From: Fidelibacterota bacterium
Lineage (GTDB): Bacteria; Fidelibacterota; UBA2242
NCBI GenBank assembly: GCA_023229045.1
Contig: JALOAB010000001.1
Span: forward strand, 1 to 56,269
DNA length: 56,269 bases
Direction: 5' to 3'
Position 1 is the first letter of the stretch, and every line of letters begins with the position of its first letter. Below are positions 17,240 to 26,102 of this stretch, piece after piece. The notes beneath the pieces were generated by a model. It saw nothing but the letters and a program-made list of their open reading frames with translations. It was not told the DNA's origin and did no database searches. The translations under genes and the position numbers were made by a program.

Positions 17240-18454
17240 ATGAGTATTGTTCCGTTAACGAAAAAAATCGGCTTGATTACGGCGATCGTGGCACTTTGGT
17301 CGGCACAGGCTTTTGCACAACAAAAAGACATTGATAAAAAAATCGAATATCAATCCGAACAACTCGAAAAAATCCGTAAGGATATCCGAACCTATAAAAA
17401 CGATCTGAAAAAAGCCGAATCGAAAGAAAGATCAATCCTAACCCGAATAGATGAAACCGAACGAAGCATCAGCCTGACGGAAAAACTCATTACACAATTA
17501 AATCGCGAACAGAACCAGAAAGAACGTGATATTATCCGGACCGAGCGTTCCATTCAGCTCCTTGAGTCTAATCTGGCAACGTTGAAAAAGAATTTTGCAA
17601 AGCGGCTCGTCTATTTACATAAAAACGGGCAGTACAGCGATCTGGAATTAATCATGACCGCCAGATCCGTCAATCAGGCTTTCTATCGTTATAAATACCT
17701 GCGCATTCTGGCTGAAATCGATCGAAATACATACAATACCATTAAAAATAATATCAGCGCCATCAATCAGAAAAAAAACCAACTAAAAAATGAACTTAGA
17801 GACAAAGAGCAGATCTTAAACGAAAAAAATAATCTCAAAAACAACCTTAAGCAACAAAAGCGCAATCATGATCGACAATTAGCGGTCGCCCGTAAGGATA
17901 AATCGAATATCGCCGCCCAAATCAAAGAAAAAGAAAGAGCCGCGGCTGAAATGTCGCGCTTAATTACAAATCTGGAAAAAGAACGCGAAACCCGGCGCAA
18001 GGAGCTGGAACGCCAGCGCGCCCTCTCCGGCGTCGAAGCCGATAATCCTTTCCTTGCCAGTAAAGGCCGACTGAATTGGCCTGCCAAAGGTGAAATCATC
18101 TCCCGCTTTGGCATTCAAAAACATCCAACTCTGAAAACCATCACCGACAATTCAGGTATCGATATAAAAGTCCGTCTGGGCTCACCCGTTGTTTCGGTGC
18201 TCGACGGAGTAGTTACGACCATTACCTATATCCGGGGATTCGGCAATACGATTATCATCGATCACGGTTCCGGTTTTTATTCGGTTTATGCTCATGTGGA
18301 AAATATTCGCGTTTCCGAAAATGATTATGTCACCACCAATTCGACAATTGCTGAAGTAGGTCAATCCGGCTCGCTGAGCGGCCCTTTGCTCCATTTTGAA
18401 ATCTGGCGCAATAAAACCAAACTTAATCCTGAAGAATGGCTAAATAAAAGATGA
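17240..18454 (+). CDS. EnvC-like murein hydrolase activator / M23 peptidase with a long coiled coil
   Basis: It has a signal peptide, roughly 250 aa of heptad-rich coiled coil, and a C-terminal M23/LytM domain (GIDIKV, IIIDHGSGFYSVYAH, LHFEIW). Confidence 0.8.
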   Translation: MSIVPLTKKIGLITAIVALWSAQAFAQQKDIDKKIEYQSEQLEKIRKDIRTYKNDLKKAESKERSILTRIDETERSISLTEKLITQLNREQNQKERDIIRTERSIQLLESNLATLKKNFAKRLVYLHKNGQYSDLELIMTARSVNQAFYRYKYLRILAEIDRNTYNTIKNNISAINQKKNQLKNELRDKEQILNEKNNLKNNLKQQKRNHDRQLAVARKDKSNIAAQIKEKERAAAEMSRLITNLEKERETRRKELERQRALSGVEADNPFLASKGRLNWPAKGEIISRFGIQKHPTLKTITDNSGIDIKVRLGSPVVSVLDGVVTTITYIRGFGNTIIIDHGSGFYSVYAHVENIRVSENDYVTTNSTIAEVGQSGSLSGPLLHFEIWRNKTKLNPEEWLNKR

Positions 18455-19584
18455 GTATCTTCCATTTAATCAATCAAACCGAAAACCGCCGTTTACTTGG
18501 TAATGTAATCAGTAATAGTCGGGTCGCCCACGCTTATCTCTTTTATGGTCCGGAAGGCAGTGGCTCCGAAGGCTTTGCGCTCGAATTTGCGGCTATGCTG
18601 AACTGCCTCTCCAAAACTGAACAACCGTGCGGCATTTGCCAGGCTTGCCATCAAATGAAAACACTCGAACATCCGAATCTTACTCTGGTCTTCCCTGTTC
18701 CGGCTCCCAAAGACAGCGACTCGGATGATTCGCCATTCAAGCAATTCAAAGAAGCCGAAATGGAGGAAATCAGGCAAACCATTCAAAATAAGAGTCGCAA
18801 TCCGTATGATAAAATCACTGTAAAAAAAGGACTGCATATCCCGATCTCCTTCATCCGCGAAGTCAAACGCAATATTTATCTGGCTTCGGCATCCACCGGC
18901 TATAAAGTCGTCGTCATTTTCGATGCTCACCTGATGACTGAACAAGCCGCTAATTCATTTCTTAAAATACTCGAGGAACCGCCGGCTCATTCGACCTTCA
19001 TTCTCTCGACCTCTTATCCTGACAATCTCCTGGGCACTATTCAATCGCGCTGTCAGATGTTATATTTTCCGCCGATTCCGGAAGATGAATTGCAAAATTA
19101 TTTAACGGAAAAGGGCTATCCGGCTGAAAATATTCGCCTGGCGGTGCGGCTATCGGGCGGGAATGTTACCCGGCTGATCCAGTTAATCGAACACGACCTG
19201 CAAACCGTCAAAGAAATGACATTAGCTATTTTCACCGACATCGCCCGCTGGAAAGTGCCTAAGGTCTACGAACACATCCGGGAAATGGTCTCGCTATATC
19301 GCGAAGATCCTGAAAATTTTCTCCAGTTAATGCAGTCTCTGATATTCTGGATCCGCGATGCCGAATTGATCCGAAAAGGTCAACCGATTGAAGAAATCAT
19401 CCATCTCGATTACATCGAAAGATTGTCCGGTTTTGTGGATAAATTTCCCGATTTCGAAGCCCAAAATATGAAAGCCTCCGTCGAGAATTGTGTTGATTTC
19501 ATTAACAGGAATGTCTATATTAGTCTCGCTTTAACTGAAATGCTTTTTAAACTAAAAGATCAACTAACAAACCATAAAAAGTAA
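18451..19584 (+). CDS. holB: DNA polymerase III delta' subunit
   Basis: It has AHAYLFYGPEGSG, the zinc-module Cys cluster CGICQACHQM, and an SRC-type motif (QSRCQ). It overlaps the preceding gene by 4 nt. Confidence 0.8.
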   Translation: MSIFHLINQTENRRLLGNVISNSRVAHAYLFYGPEGSGSEGFALEFAAMLNCLSKTEQPCGICQACHQMKTLEHPNLTLVFPVPAPKDSDSDDSPFKQFKEAEMEEIRQTIQNKSRNPYDKITVKKGLHIPISFIREVKRNIYLASASTGYKVVVIFDAHLMTEQAANSFLKILEEPPAHSTFILSTSYPDNLLGTIQSRCQMLYFPPIPEDELQNYLTEKGYPAENIRLAVRLSGGNVTRLIQLIEHDLQTVKEMTLAIFTDIARWKVPKVYEHIREMVSLYREDPENFLQLMQSLIFWIRDAELIRKGQPIEEIIHLDYIERLSGFVDKFPDFEAQNMKASVENCVDFINRNVYISLALTEMLFKLKDQLTNHKK

Positions 19585-20411
19585 TGAACGATAACCCTGA
19601 CCATAAAGTTATCAAAGTAAAATTCAAAGGCTGTAACCGGGCATTATGCCAGAATCCGCTGGAGCTTCCGATTCAACCCAATGATAAAATTATAGTCTCA
19701 GCCGACCGCGGCGAGGAAATCGGTTGCGCCCTACCGCCCGTCTCAGCCAATAACTTGCCGCAAGACATGAGCGAAATTCCCGCCATCTTACGCAAAGCCA
19801 CCCCGGAAGACCTGTCACACAACAATGAAAATCGTCTACGGGAGAAGGTCGCTCTTGAATTCTGTATCACAAAAGTTGCCGAACTCGGATTGCCGATGAA
19901 ATTGGTCGACGTTGATCTGCGGCTCGACCGTCGCAAGATCGTGTTTTATTTCACCGCCGATGACCGGATCGATTTCCGTGAATTAGTAAAATTACTGGCG
20001 ACGGAATTTAAAACCCGCATTGAAATGCGCCAGATCAGTGGTCGCGAAGAAATGAAACGCACCGATGGGATCGGTCCTTGTGGATTGCAATTGTGCTGTG
20101 CCTGTTTTATTGACGATTTCGATCCAATCAGCACTCAATTGGTCAAAGAACAAAATTTACCTATGAATCCGGCGAAAATCTCCGGCGTTTGCGGCAAACT
20201 GAAATGTTGCTATCGTTACGAGCACGATCTGTATGAAGAAGTGCTGAAAAATTTTCCGTCCTACGGTTCACGTCTGAAAGTCGCCGATAAAGAAGGCGTA
20301 CTCGAAAAAATCGATATATTTGCCGCTACGATAACCGTCCGGTATGATGATAATCAGGTCGAGGACTTTCCCTTAACTGACTTCAACCAAAAAATTACTG
20401 TAATCCAATAA
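19584..20411 (+). CDS. PSP1-domain protein (YaaT/RicT-like)
   Basis: 275 aa with the conserved Cys cluster GIGPCGLQLCCACF...GVCGKLKCCYRYE. It lies immediately after holB, as in Bacillus. Confidence 0.75.
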   Translation: MNDNPDHKVIKVKFKGCNRALCQNPLELPIQPNDKIIVSADRGEEIGCALPPVSANNLPQDMSEIPAILRKATPEDLSHNNENRLREKVALEFCITKVAELGLPMKLVDVDLRLDRRKIVFYFTADDRIDFRELVKLLATEFKTRIEMRQISGREEMKRTDGIGPCGLQLCCACFIDDFDPISTQLVKEQNLPMNPAKISGVCGKLKCCYRYEHDLYEEVLKNFPSYGSRLKVADKEGVLEKIDIFAATITVRYDDNQVEDFPLTDFNQKITVIQ

Positions 20412-20424
20412 CGCCCACCCAAAT

Positions 20425-22314
20425 ATGAAAAATTCAGACTCATTTTTCCTGACTACCCCGATCTATTATGTCAACGATATGCCGCATATCGGTCATGCTT
20501 ATACCACGATTCTGGCGGATGTGCTGGCGCGTTATCACCGGGCGCGCGGCGCCGATACTTTCTTTTTAACCGGCGTTGACGAACACGGTCAGAAAGTTCA
20601 GCAAGCCGCTTCGTCGGCTGGTATTACACCGCAGGAACATTGTGACCGCATGGTTGTCCACTTTCGCGAAGCCTGGGAAAAATTAGGAATTAATTACGAT
20701 TTCTTCATCCGTACCACCGATCAATTTCATATCGACGCCGTCCGCCAGGTTCTGCAAAATTTGTACGACCGGGGTGAAATTTACCAACATGAATACGGCG
20801 GCTATTATTGCGTCGGCTGTGAACGTTTCTATACCCAGAAAGAGCTCGTTGATGGCAAATGTCCCCAACATCTGAAAGCGCCGGATTTTATCAAAGAGAA
20901 AAATTATTTCTTTCGCATGAGTAAATATCAAGACTGGCTAGTCGATTATATCCAGAAAAATCCCGATTTCATTCAGCCCGAAAGCCGTAAAAACGAAGTC
21001 CTGGGTTTCCTGAAAAATCCACTTAGTGACCTGTGTATTTCACGTCCGAAAGCGCGCCTCAGTTGGGGCATTGAATTGCCGTTCGATGCCGAATACGTTA
21101 CCTATGTCTGGTTCGACGCCCTGCTTAATTACCTCACCGCAATCGGTTATCCGAATGATCTCAAGCGGTTCGAACACTGGTGGCCGGCCAATTATCACCT
21201 GATCGGTAAGGACATCGTCACGACGCATTGCGTTTACTGGCCGACTATTTTAAAAGCTATTGGTCTGCCTTTGCCCAAAACGATTTTCGCGCATGGCTGG
21301 TGGATGATTGATGAAACCAAGATGTCCAAGTCGCTCAAAAATATAGTCAAACCGCTCGATCTGGTGGATGTCTATGGCGTCGATTCGGTGCGCTATTTTC
21401 TGATGCGCGATATGATGCTCGGGCAGGACGCCAATTTCAGCGAGGAAATTTTCATCAAGCGCTACAATTCGGAATTGGCTAACGATTTCGGCAATCTGGC
21501 CAGCCGTGTAGTGACTTTAATTAAACGAAATTTCACAGCAATTCCCGAAGCCGCTCAACCTGGCAATGACGAAATCGAAATTCAGGTCTCTGCCCGGAAA
21601 TTACCTCAAACCACTCATCAATTGATCAGCGAATTACGTGTGACGGAAGCTCTTGAAGGCATTATCACGTTTGTTCGATCGATCAATAAATATATGGAAG
21701 TGCGCCAGCCCTGGCAATTGGTGAAAACCGATAAAACCGAGGCTGGAACCGTGCTTTACACAGCTCTGGAGAGTTTGCGACTTGCCGCTACTCTCCTCGA
21801 ACCGGTTATGCCAACCAAAATTAAAGAATTGCTAAGCATTCTTCCTGTCGACGAACAAAAACAGGAGTTCGCGTGGGGTCGCATCAAAAGCGGAGCGACT
21901 ATTGAACAAATTCCGATCCTTTTCCCGCGCATCGATAAATCCGTTAAAACTTCAGCTGAACCACCTTCTGCTCCGCTGAAAAAGGAAGAACCGTTAATCA
22001 CCATCGATGATTTTGCAAAGGTTAAACTGACGACCGCAACCGTATTGACCGTCGAAAAAGTCCCGGATGCCACTAAACTGCTTAAATTAACGATCGATCT
22101 CGGAACAGAAAAACGTCAGATTGTCGCCGGAATTGCCGAACATTATTCCCCGGAGCAATTAATTGGCAAAACCATCATCGTCGTTGCAAATCTCCAGCCA
22201 GTCACGATCCGGGGTATAAAAAGCGAAGGCATGTTGTTGGCCGCCAAAAAGGATGGCAAACTGACTCTGCTGAGCAGTATCGATTCGATCGAGCCCGGCG
22301 CTAAAATCAGCTGA
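20425..22314 (+). CDS. metG: methionyl-tRNA synthetase with a C-terminal tRNA-binding (EMAP-like) domain
   Basis: It has the HIGH motif (MPHIGHAY), the KMSKS motif, the zinc knuckle CVGCERF...CPQH, and the C-terminal segment KLTIDLG...RQIVAGIA. Confidence 0.92.
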   Translation: MKNSDSFFLTTPIYYVNDMPHIGHAYTTILADVLARYHRARGADTFFLTGVDEHGQKVQQAASSAGITPQEHCDRMVVHFREAWEKLGINYDFFIRTTDQFHIDAVRQVLQNLYDRGEIYQHEYGGYYCVGCERFYTQKELVDGKCPQHLKAPDFIKEKNYFFRMSKYQDWLVDYIQKNPDFIQPESRKNEVLGFLKNPLSDLCISRPKARLSWGIELPFDAEYVTYVWFDALLNYLTAIGYPNDLKRFEHWWPANYHLIGKDIVTTHCVYWPTILKAIGLPLPKTIFAHGWWMIDETKMSKSLKNIVKPLDLVDVYGVDSVRYFLMRDMMLGQDANFSEEIFIKRYNSELANDFGNLASRVVTLIKRNFTAIPEAAQPGNDEIEIQVSARKLPQTTHQLISELRVTEALEGIITFVRSINKYMEVRQPWQLVKTDKTEAGTVLYTALESLRLAATLLEPVMPTKIKELLSILPVDEQKQEFAWGRIKSGATIEQIPILFPRIDKSVKTSAEPPSAPLKKEEPLITIDDFAKVKLTTATVLTVEKVPDATKLLKLTIDLGTEKRQIVAGIAEHYSPEQLIGKTIIVVANLQPVTIRGIKSEGMLLAAKKDGKLTLLSSIDSIEPGAKIS

Positions 22315-22318
22315 TTGA

Positions 22319-23077
22319 ATGTTCATCGATACTCACGCACATCTCACCTATCCAACTCTAAACGTCCAATTATCCGAAGTTATCGAACGCGCCGAAGAAG
22401 CCGGCGTTACCCGGATTATTAACGTTGCCACAGACCTGGAATCGGCTGAGATGGTTCTGGATTCGGCAAACAAGTTTGACGGTGTTTTTGCGGCGCTTGG
22501 CATTCACCCTCAGGATTCGGCTAATTTACCCTCTGACTGGCCAGACAGACTGCGCGAATTATTGTCAAAGCCAAAAGTGGTTGCGCTTGGCGAAATCGGA
22601 CTCGATTACTATCGTGAATTTTCGCCTAAGGCGACTCAGATCGAAGTATTTCGCCGACAAATATTAATTGCCCGGGAACTCAAATTGCCGATGATTTTGC
22701 ATGACCGGCAGGCACACGAAGATCTGAAACAGATTCTAACCGAAATCGGGTATCATAAAGGCGTCCTGCATTGCTTCTCCGGAAATGCGGTCTTCGCGCG
22801 GGAAATGACCGATCTTGGTTTTTACATTTCTTTCACCGGTAACGCCACCTACGGAAACAGGAAAACCGAACAAGCCGCGCAAGCCGTACCGCTTGAAAAG
22901 CTGATGCTCGAAACTGATGCGCCCTTCTTAGCACCGGAAGGCAAACGCGGCGAGACTAACGAACCGGCTTATATTCCGCTGATCGCCGCAAAAATCGCAG
23001 AGTTAAAAGGCTTGCCGATTGAGACAGTTGCTACTGTGACAACTCAAAACGCCATCAACTTTTTCAATTTACCGTGA
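22319..23077 (+). CDS. tatD: TatD-family metal-dependent hydrolase
   Basis: It has FIDTHAHL, GEIGLDY, ILHDR, LHCFSG and LETDAPFL. Confidence 0.88.
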   Translation: MFIDTHAHLTYPTLNVQLSEVIERAEEAGVTRIINVATDLESAEMVLDSANKFDGVFAALGIHPQDSANLPSDWPDRLRELLSKPKVVALGEIGLDYYREFSPKATQIEVFRRQILIARELKLPMILHDRQAHEDLKQILTEIGYHKGVLHCFSGNAVFAREMTDLGFYISFTGNATYGNRKTEQAAQAVPLEKLMLETDAPFLAPEGKRGETNEPAYIPLIAAKIAELKGLPIETVATVTTQNAINFFNLP

Positions 23078-23865
23078 TCAATCATATACCCAAGAAACGG
23101 CTCGGTCAGAATTTCCTGATCGATCCGAATATACTGCGGAAAATAGTTAAGATTATTGATCCGAAAGAAGCTGATATTATTGTTGAGGTCGGTCCCGGAA
23201 CCGGCTCTCTTACAAGATACTTACTGGATTCAGGTGCAGAGGTTCATGCCATAGAACTTGATTCGCAATTAGTCGATTATTTACATAATGAATTTGCGCA
23301 ATATGCGAACTTTCATCTGTATCACGGCGATGCGGTCAGATTCGATTTTTCGGATTTACTTAACGCCAGTCAAAAAATCAAATTGGCTGGCAATATTCCC
23401 TATAATATCACCAGTCCATTACTCTTCCGGTTTTTCGAGATAGTCGAACATCTCGATCGGATAGTTTTATTGGTGCAAAAAGAAATTGCCCAGCGGATTT
23501 GCGCCAAACCGGGAACGAAAGAATACGGAATTCTTTCCGTTATGACTAATTTCTATTGTCGACCGCAGATCGAGTTTCAGGTTTCGCCCAGGGTCTTCCG
23601 TCCTGTTCCTAAAGTCACTTCCGGTTTGATAAAACTGACGCCGGTTGATAATGATTATGATCCGAAATTTCGTCGCCAGTTCAACGAATTGGTCAGAAAA
23701 GCCTTTAGCCAGAGAAGGAAAATCCTGCGCAACTCGCTCAACTTGCCGCTGTCCGCCGAAAACGCTGATTGCCCGGTGTCTCTCTCCCGACGGGCAGAAA
23801 CCTTAACCATCGCTGAATTTGTGGCATTGACCCGCTGGTACAGTGCACGCTTTTTTCTTGGATAA
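23074..23865 (+). CDS. rsmA: 16S rRNA (adenine1518/1519-N6)-dimethyltransferase
   Basis: It has LGQNFL, the SAM motif VEVGPGTGSLT, and NIPYNITSP. It overlaps tatD by 4 nt. Confidence 0.9.
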   Translation: MINHIPKKRLGQNFLIDPNILRKIVKIIDPKEADIIVEVGPGTGSLTRYLLDSGAEVHAIELDSQLVDYLHNEFAQYANFHLYHGDAVRFDFSDLLNASQKIKLAGNIPYNITSPLLFRFFEIVEHLDRIVLLVQKEIAQRICAKPGTKEYGILSVMTNFYCRPQIEFQVSPRVFRPVPKVTSGLIKLTPVDNDYDPKFRRQFNELVRKAFSQRRKILRNSLNLPLSAENADCPVSLSRRAETLTIAEFVALTRWYSARFFLG

Positions 23866-23907
23866 AAAGTGAAATTAGGATAATTTCCGAACGCTTTTTC
23901 ACACAAC

Positions 23908-23980
23908 GGGCCCCTAGCTCAACGGTTAGAGCACCGGACTCATAATCCGTCGGTTCGGGGTTCAAATCCCCGGGGGCCCA
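23908..23980 (+). tRNA. tRNA with a CAT anticodon (resembles tRNA-Ile2/lysidine type, or elongator Met)
   Basis: The hand-folded 73-nt cloverleaf has acceptor GGGCCCC/GGGGCCC, D-arm GCTC-AACGGTTA-GAGC, anticodon loop CTCATAA and T-arm CGGGG-TTCAAAT-CCCCG. The discriminator is A and no CCA is encoded. Confidence 0.85.
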
Positions 23981-24073
23981 CTCTTCGATTAAAAATTCAA
24001 AATGGAAAATGGAAAATCTTCTCAAAGCATCAATGCTTTCGACTTGTATTAGACCATATTCTTAAAATTGTAT

Positions 24074-24094
24074 TAATCCGTCGGTTCGGGGTTC
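24074..24094 (+). repeat. 21-nt exact duplicate of an internal tRNA segment (copy of 23943-23963)
   Basis: taatccgtcggttcggggttc occurs inside the tRNA, running from anticodon position 36 to the start of the T-loop. It occurs again 131 nt downstream. Confidence 0.8.
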
Positions 24095-24166
24095 TTCCGT
24101 AGGTCACGCAGGACTCTTTTGGAGAACTCCCGATATCAAGTCCTTTAAGAATCTATCCAACTCTTC

Positions 24167-25291
24167 TTAAAGAAATCTCCAGAAAGAATTCGGCGCGCTC
24201 TTCTTTTTGAAAAACGCGTACCATTTGCACACAGGATATAACACGCCTAATCCGACTATCCATACGGCATACATTACAAAAATATTGGTCCCGCAAGGAA
24301 ATATGAAGCCGATACAAGCATAGAGATAAAGGTGAATCAGATAAAAAAACAGTGCCGTTTTCCCGAATATCTGTAACAGATTATCTATTCCTGATTTGAT
24401 CCTGTCCTCAAGCCCGATGAATAGCGCAAACAAGCACAGATTGACGCCCATCGTGAGAGCGATAAAAGTCAGACTCGGAGGATATTTTGTGACATTTAAA
24501 AAAGCGATCCAATCTCCATTCAATGGATTATGAAAACTACCCAAGCCGGTAGCTCTTAAAATTGCAAATATAACGATCAGTAGCAGTCCTACTATCAGTG
24601 AAAAGACAAGGTTAGACTCGCCCTTCAGCAGTCTTTTGCCAAATGCCATCCCTCCTGCGGTGAGACCGACCCAGGGAAAAAGAGGATAGAACACCTGCAT
24701 ACTATCTGTCTGCCCGGGAATAAATAGGAGACGAAGCACAAAGGAATAATGGGTATCGGCATCCAGCGCCGGAATAATCGCCGCCGTAATGGCTATTGCA
24801 ATAAAGCTGAATAAAATCAGAACATATGGTCGGCAAAATAACAGCAGACCACATACGATCATTGCACATCCCAGGGCGGAAAGTACCCCAAAATGAAACC
24901 ACACCTCTCCCCCGCCTCCCGGCGAGTGGTTCATCTGCACAACATTTCCAAGATTGCCAATCATCCAAGCCGGATCCTCGATAAAAAGCTGTAATATCAT
25001 CAAAATTACTCCGCGGATTGCATAATGCTTGAAAACCTGGATTCGCGACCAGCCAATACGATAGCGGGAATCGGCAAACAGTATAATGCTGATTCCCATT
25101 ATGAAGAAAAAACCGGGAGCGCAGATATGAGTAACGAACCTCGATAAAAAACACAATGCGTTACTGTATTGCGGCAAAGACAGACCCCAGAATTCGCCTA
25201 TATGTATTTTCCTGATGAAATAATTGGCATGATCCAATGCCATCAAGACCATTAATAAACCGCGATATTTATCAATCCATTTGATTCGCAT
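24167..25291 (-). CDS. polytopic membrane protein, DUF1624 / acyltransferase-like
   Basis: 374 aa with about 10 TM segments. The N-terminal signature is IDKYRGLLMVLMALDHANYF, typical of the HGSNAT-like/DUF1624 family as I recall it. Confidence 0.55.
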   Translation of the reverse strand: MRIKWIDKYRGLLMVLMALDHANYFIRKIHIGEFWGLSLPQYSNALCFLSRFVTHICAPGFFFIMGISIILFADSRYRIGWSRIQVFKHYAIRGVILMILQLFIEDPAWMIGNLGNVVQMNHSPGGGGEVWFHFGVLSALGCAMIVCGLLLFCRPYVLILFSFIAIAITAAIIPALDADTHYSFVLRLLFIPGQTDSMQVFYPLFPWVGLTAGGMAFGKRLLKGESNLVFSLIVGLLLIVIFAILRATGLGSFHNPLNGDWIAFLNVTKYPPSLTFIALTMGVNLCLFALFIGLEDRIKSGIDNLLQIFGKTALFFYLIHLYLYACIGFIFPCGTNIFVMYAVWIVGLGVLYPVCKWYAFFKKKSAPNSFWRFL

Positions 25292-25312
25292 ACGCGTCCC
25301 TTATTGCTGTTA

Positions 25313-25636
25313 TTAGCCGCTTTTTCCTGGGTTTTTTACAGGCAGAGGTACTACCCTTACAAGTTCATCTATAATGTTATTGAATAGTTCTTTATCCTCA
25401 ACGTCAACTATATAGTGTTCTTTTGCGCCTTTATACGGAAATCCTTTGTTTTCTTTCGGGAATAATGTTTTGATACAGTCCAGCTCTTTTACATATACGG
25501 TATTATTACAGACGAGCAGAATTGGTTTTTCATTGACATAAATCATATACTCGCCGAACATTTTCTTAGAGCGTTTATTCCATTTATTATCAATTTGATC
25601 AAGTACAAATTCAATATAATCGGGCGTCGTTGACAT
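25313..25636 (-). CDS. TfoX N-terminal-domain-only protein
   Basis: 107 aa from the internal Met, with a gaggtgg RBS just upstream. The TfoX_N-like pattern is KKMFGEYMIYVNEKPILLVCNNTVYVK...FPYKGAKEHYIV. The track start at 25690 is probably an over-extension. Confidence 0.6.
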   Translation of the reverse strand: MSTTPDYIEFVLDQIDNKWNKRSKKMFGEYMIYVNEKPILLVCNNTVYVKELDCIKTLFPKENKGFPYKGAKEHYIVDVEDKELFNNIIDELVRVVPLPVKNPGKSG

Positions 25637-25766
25637 TACCCACCTCTTCCAGATAAACATTCTTAGCATTTTCATCTTCTTTAATTGCAAACCTCAATAC
25701 ATCTCTATAGAAACGTATCATTTTTGCCATGTCTTTCACAAAAAGCCCAAAACCATTTAATTTCAT
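25611..25766 (-). pseudogene. truncated N-terminal remnant of a VOC/glyoxalase-family gene
   Basis: This 51-codon ORF is below the track cutoff and has a gggag RBS. MKLNGFGLFVKDMAKMIRFYRDVLRFAIKEDENAKNVYLEE matches the first beta-alpha-beta unit of VOC proteins. It then runs out of frame into the TfoX gene and stops. Confidence 0.5.
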
Positions 25767-26102
25767 ATCATCTCCCTTGGATTAAAGAGTCTAAACAATA
25801 TATAAAAAACCGACACTCTACCCGTAATTTAAAAGTTTCCTGATCAATGAATTTCAAATTCTTCCTAAACAAACTTAACCGAATATTAAGGAGTCCCAGA
25901 AATCAAAATACAAACCGCTGGCAATTCCAAAGTCTAAAAACGACGGCATTTTAGGACATTTTTAATTCAATGTCAATACTATTAAGAATTTTAAAAATAA
26001 TACTACCGAAAGTAATTCAAGTAAAATTAAACCTTCAGTTTTTTTACTATTTTTACGTCCTGCCATTCTCTCTGCCGATCGTAATCTCGGACGGGTTTTA
26101 GA

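Noticed and set aside
23738-24025. A 95-aa minus-strand ORF from the track
   Set aside because: It runs antisense straight through the tRNA(CAT) gene and the end of rsmA. It has no RBS and no recognisable motif, so it is almost certainly spurious.
23997-24040. The short tandem aaaatgg-aaaatgg-aaaat and the palindrome aaagcat-ca-atgcttt just after the tRNA
   Set aside because: With two and a half copies of a 7-mer, this is far too short for a CRISPR or VNTR call. The palindrome has a 2-nt loop and no T-run. I treat both as trailer sequence noise.
25850-25958. A 35-codon plus-strand mini-ORF (MNFKFFLNKLNRILRSPRNQNTNRWQFQSLKTTAF) in the AT-rich spacer
   Set aside because: It has no RBS and no hydrophobic or known motif, and it is a short frame in a low-GC spacer. 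It is not supportable.
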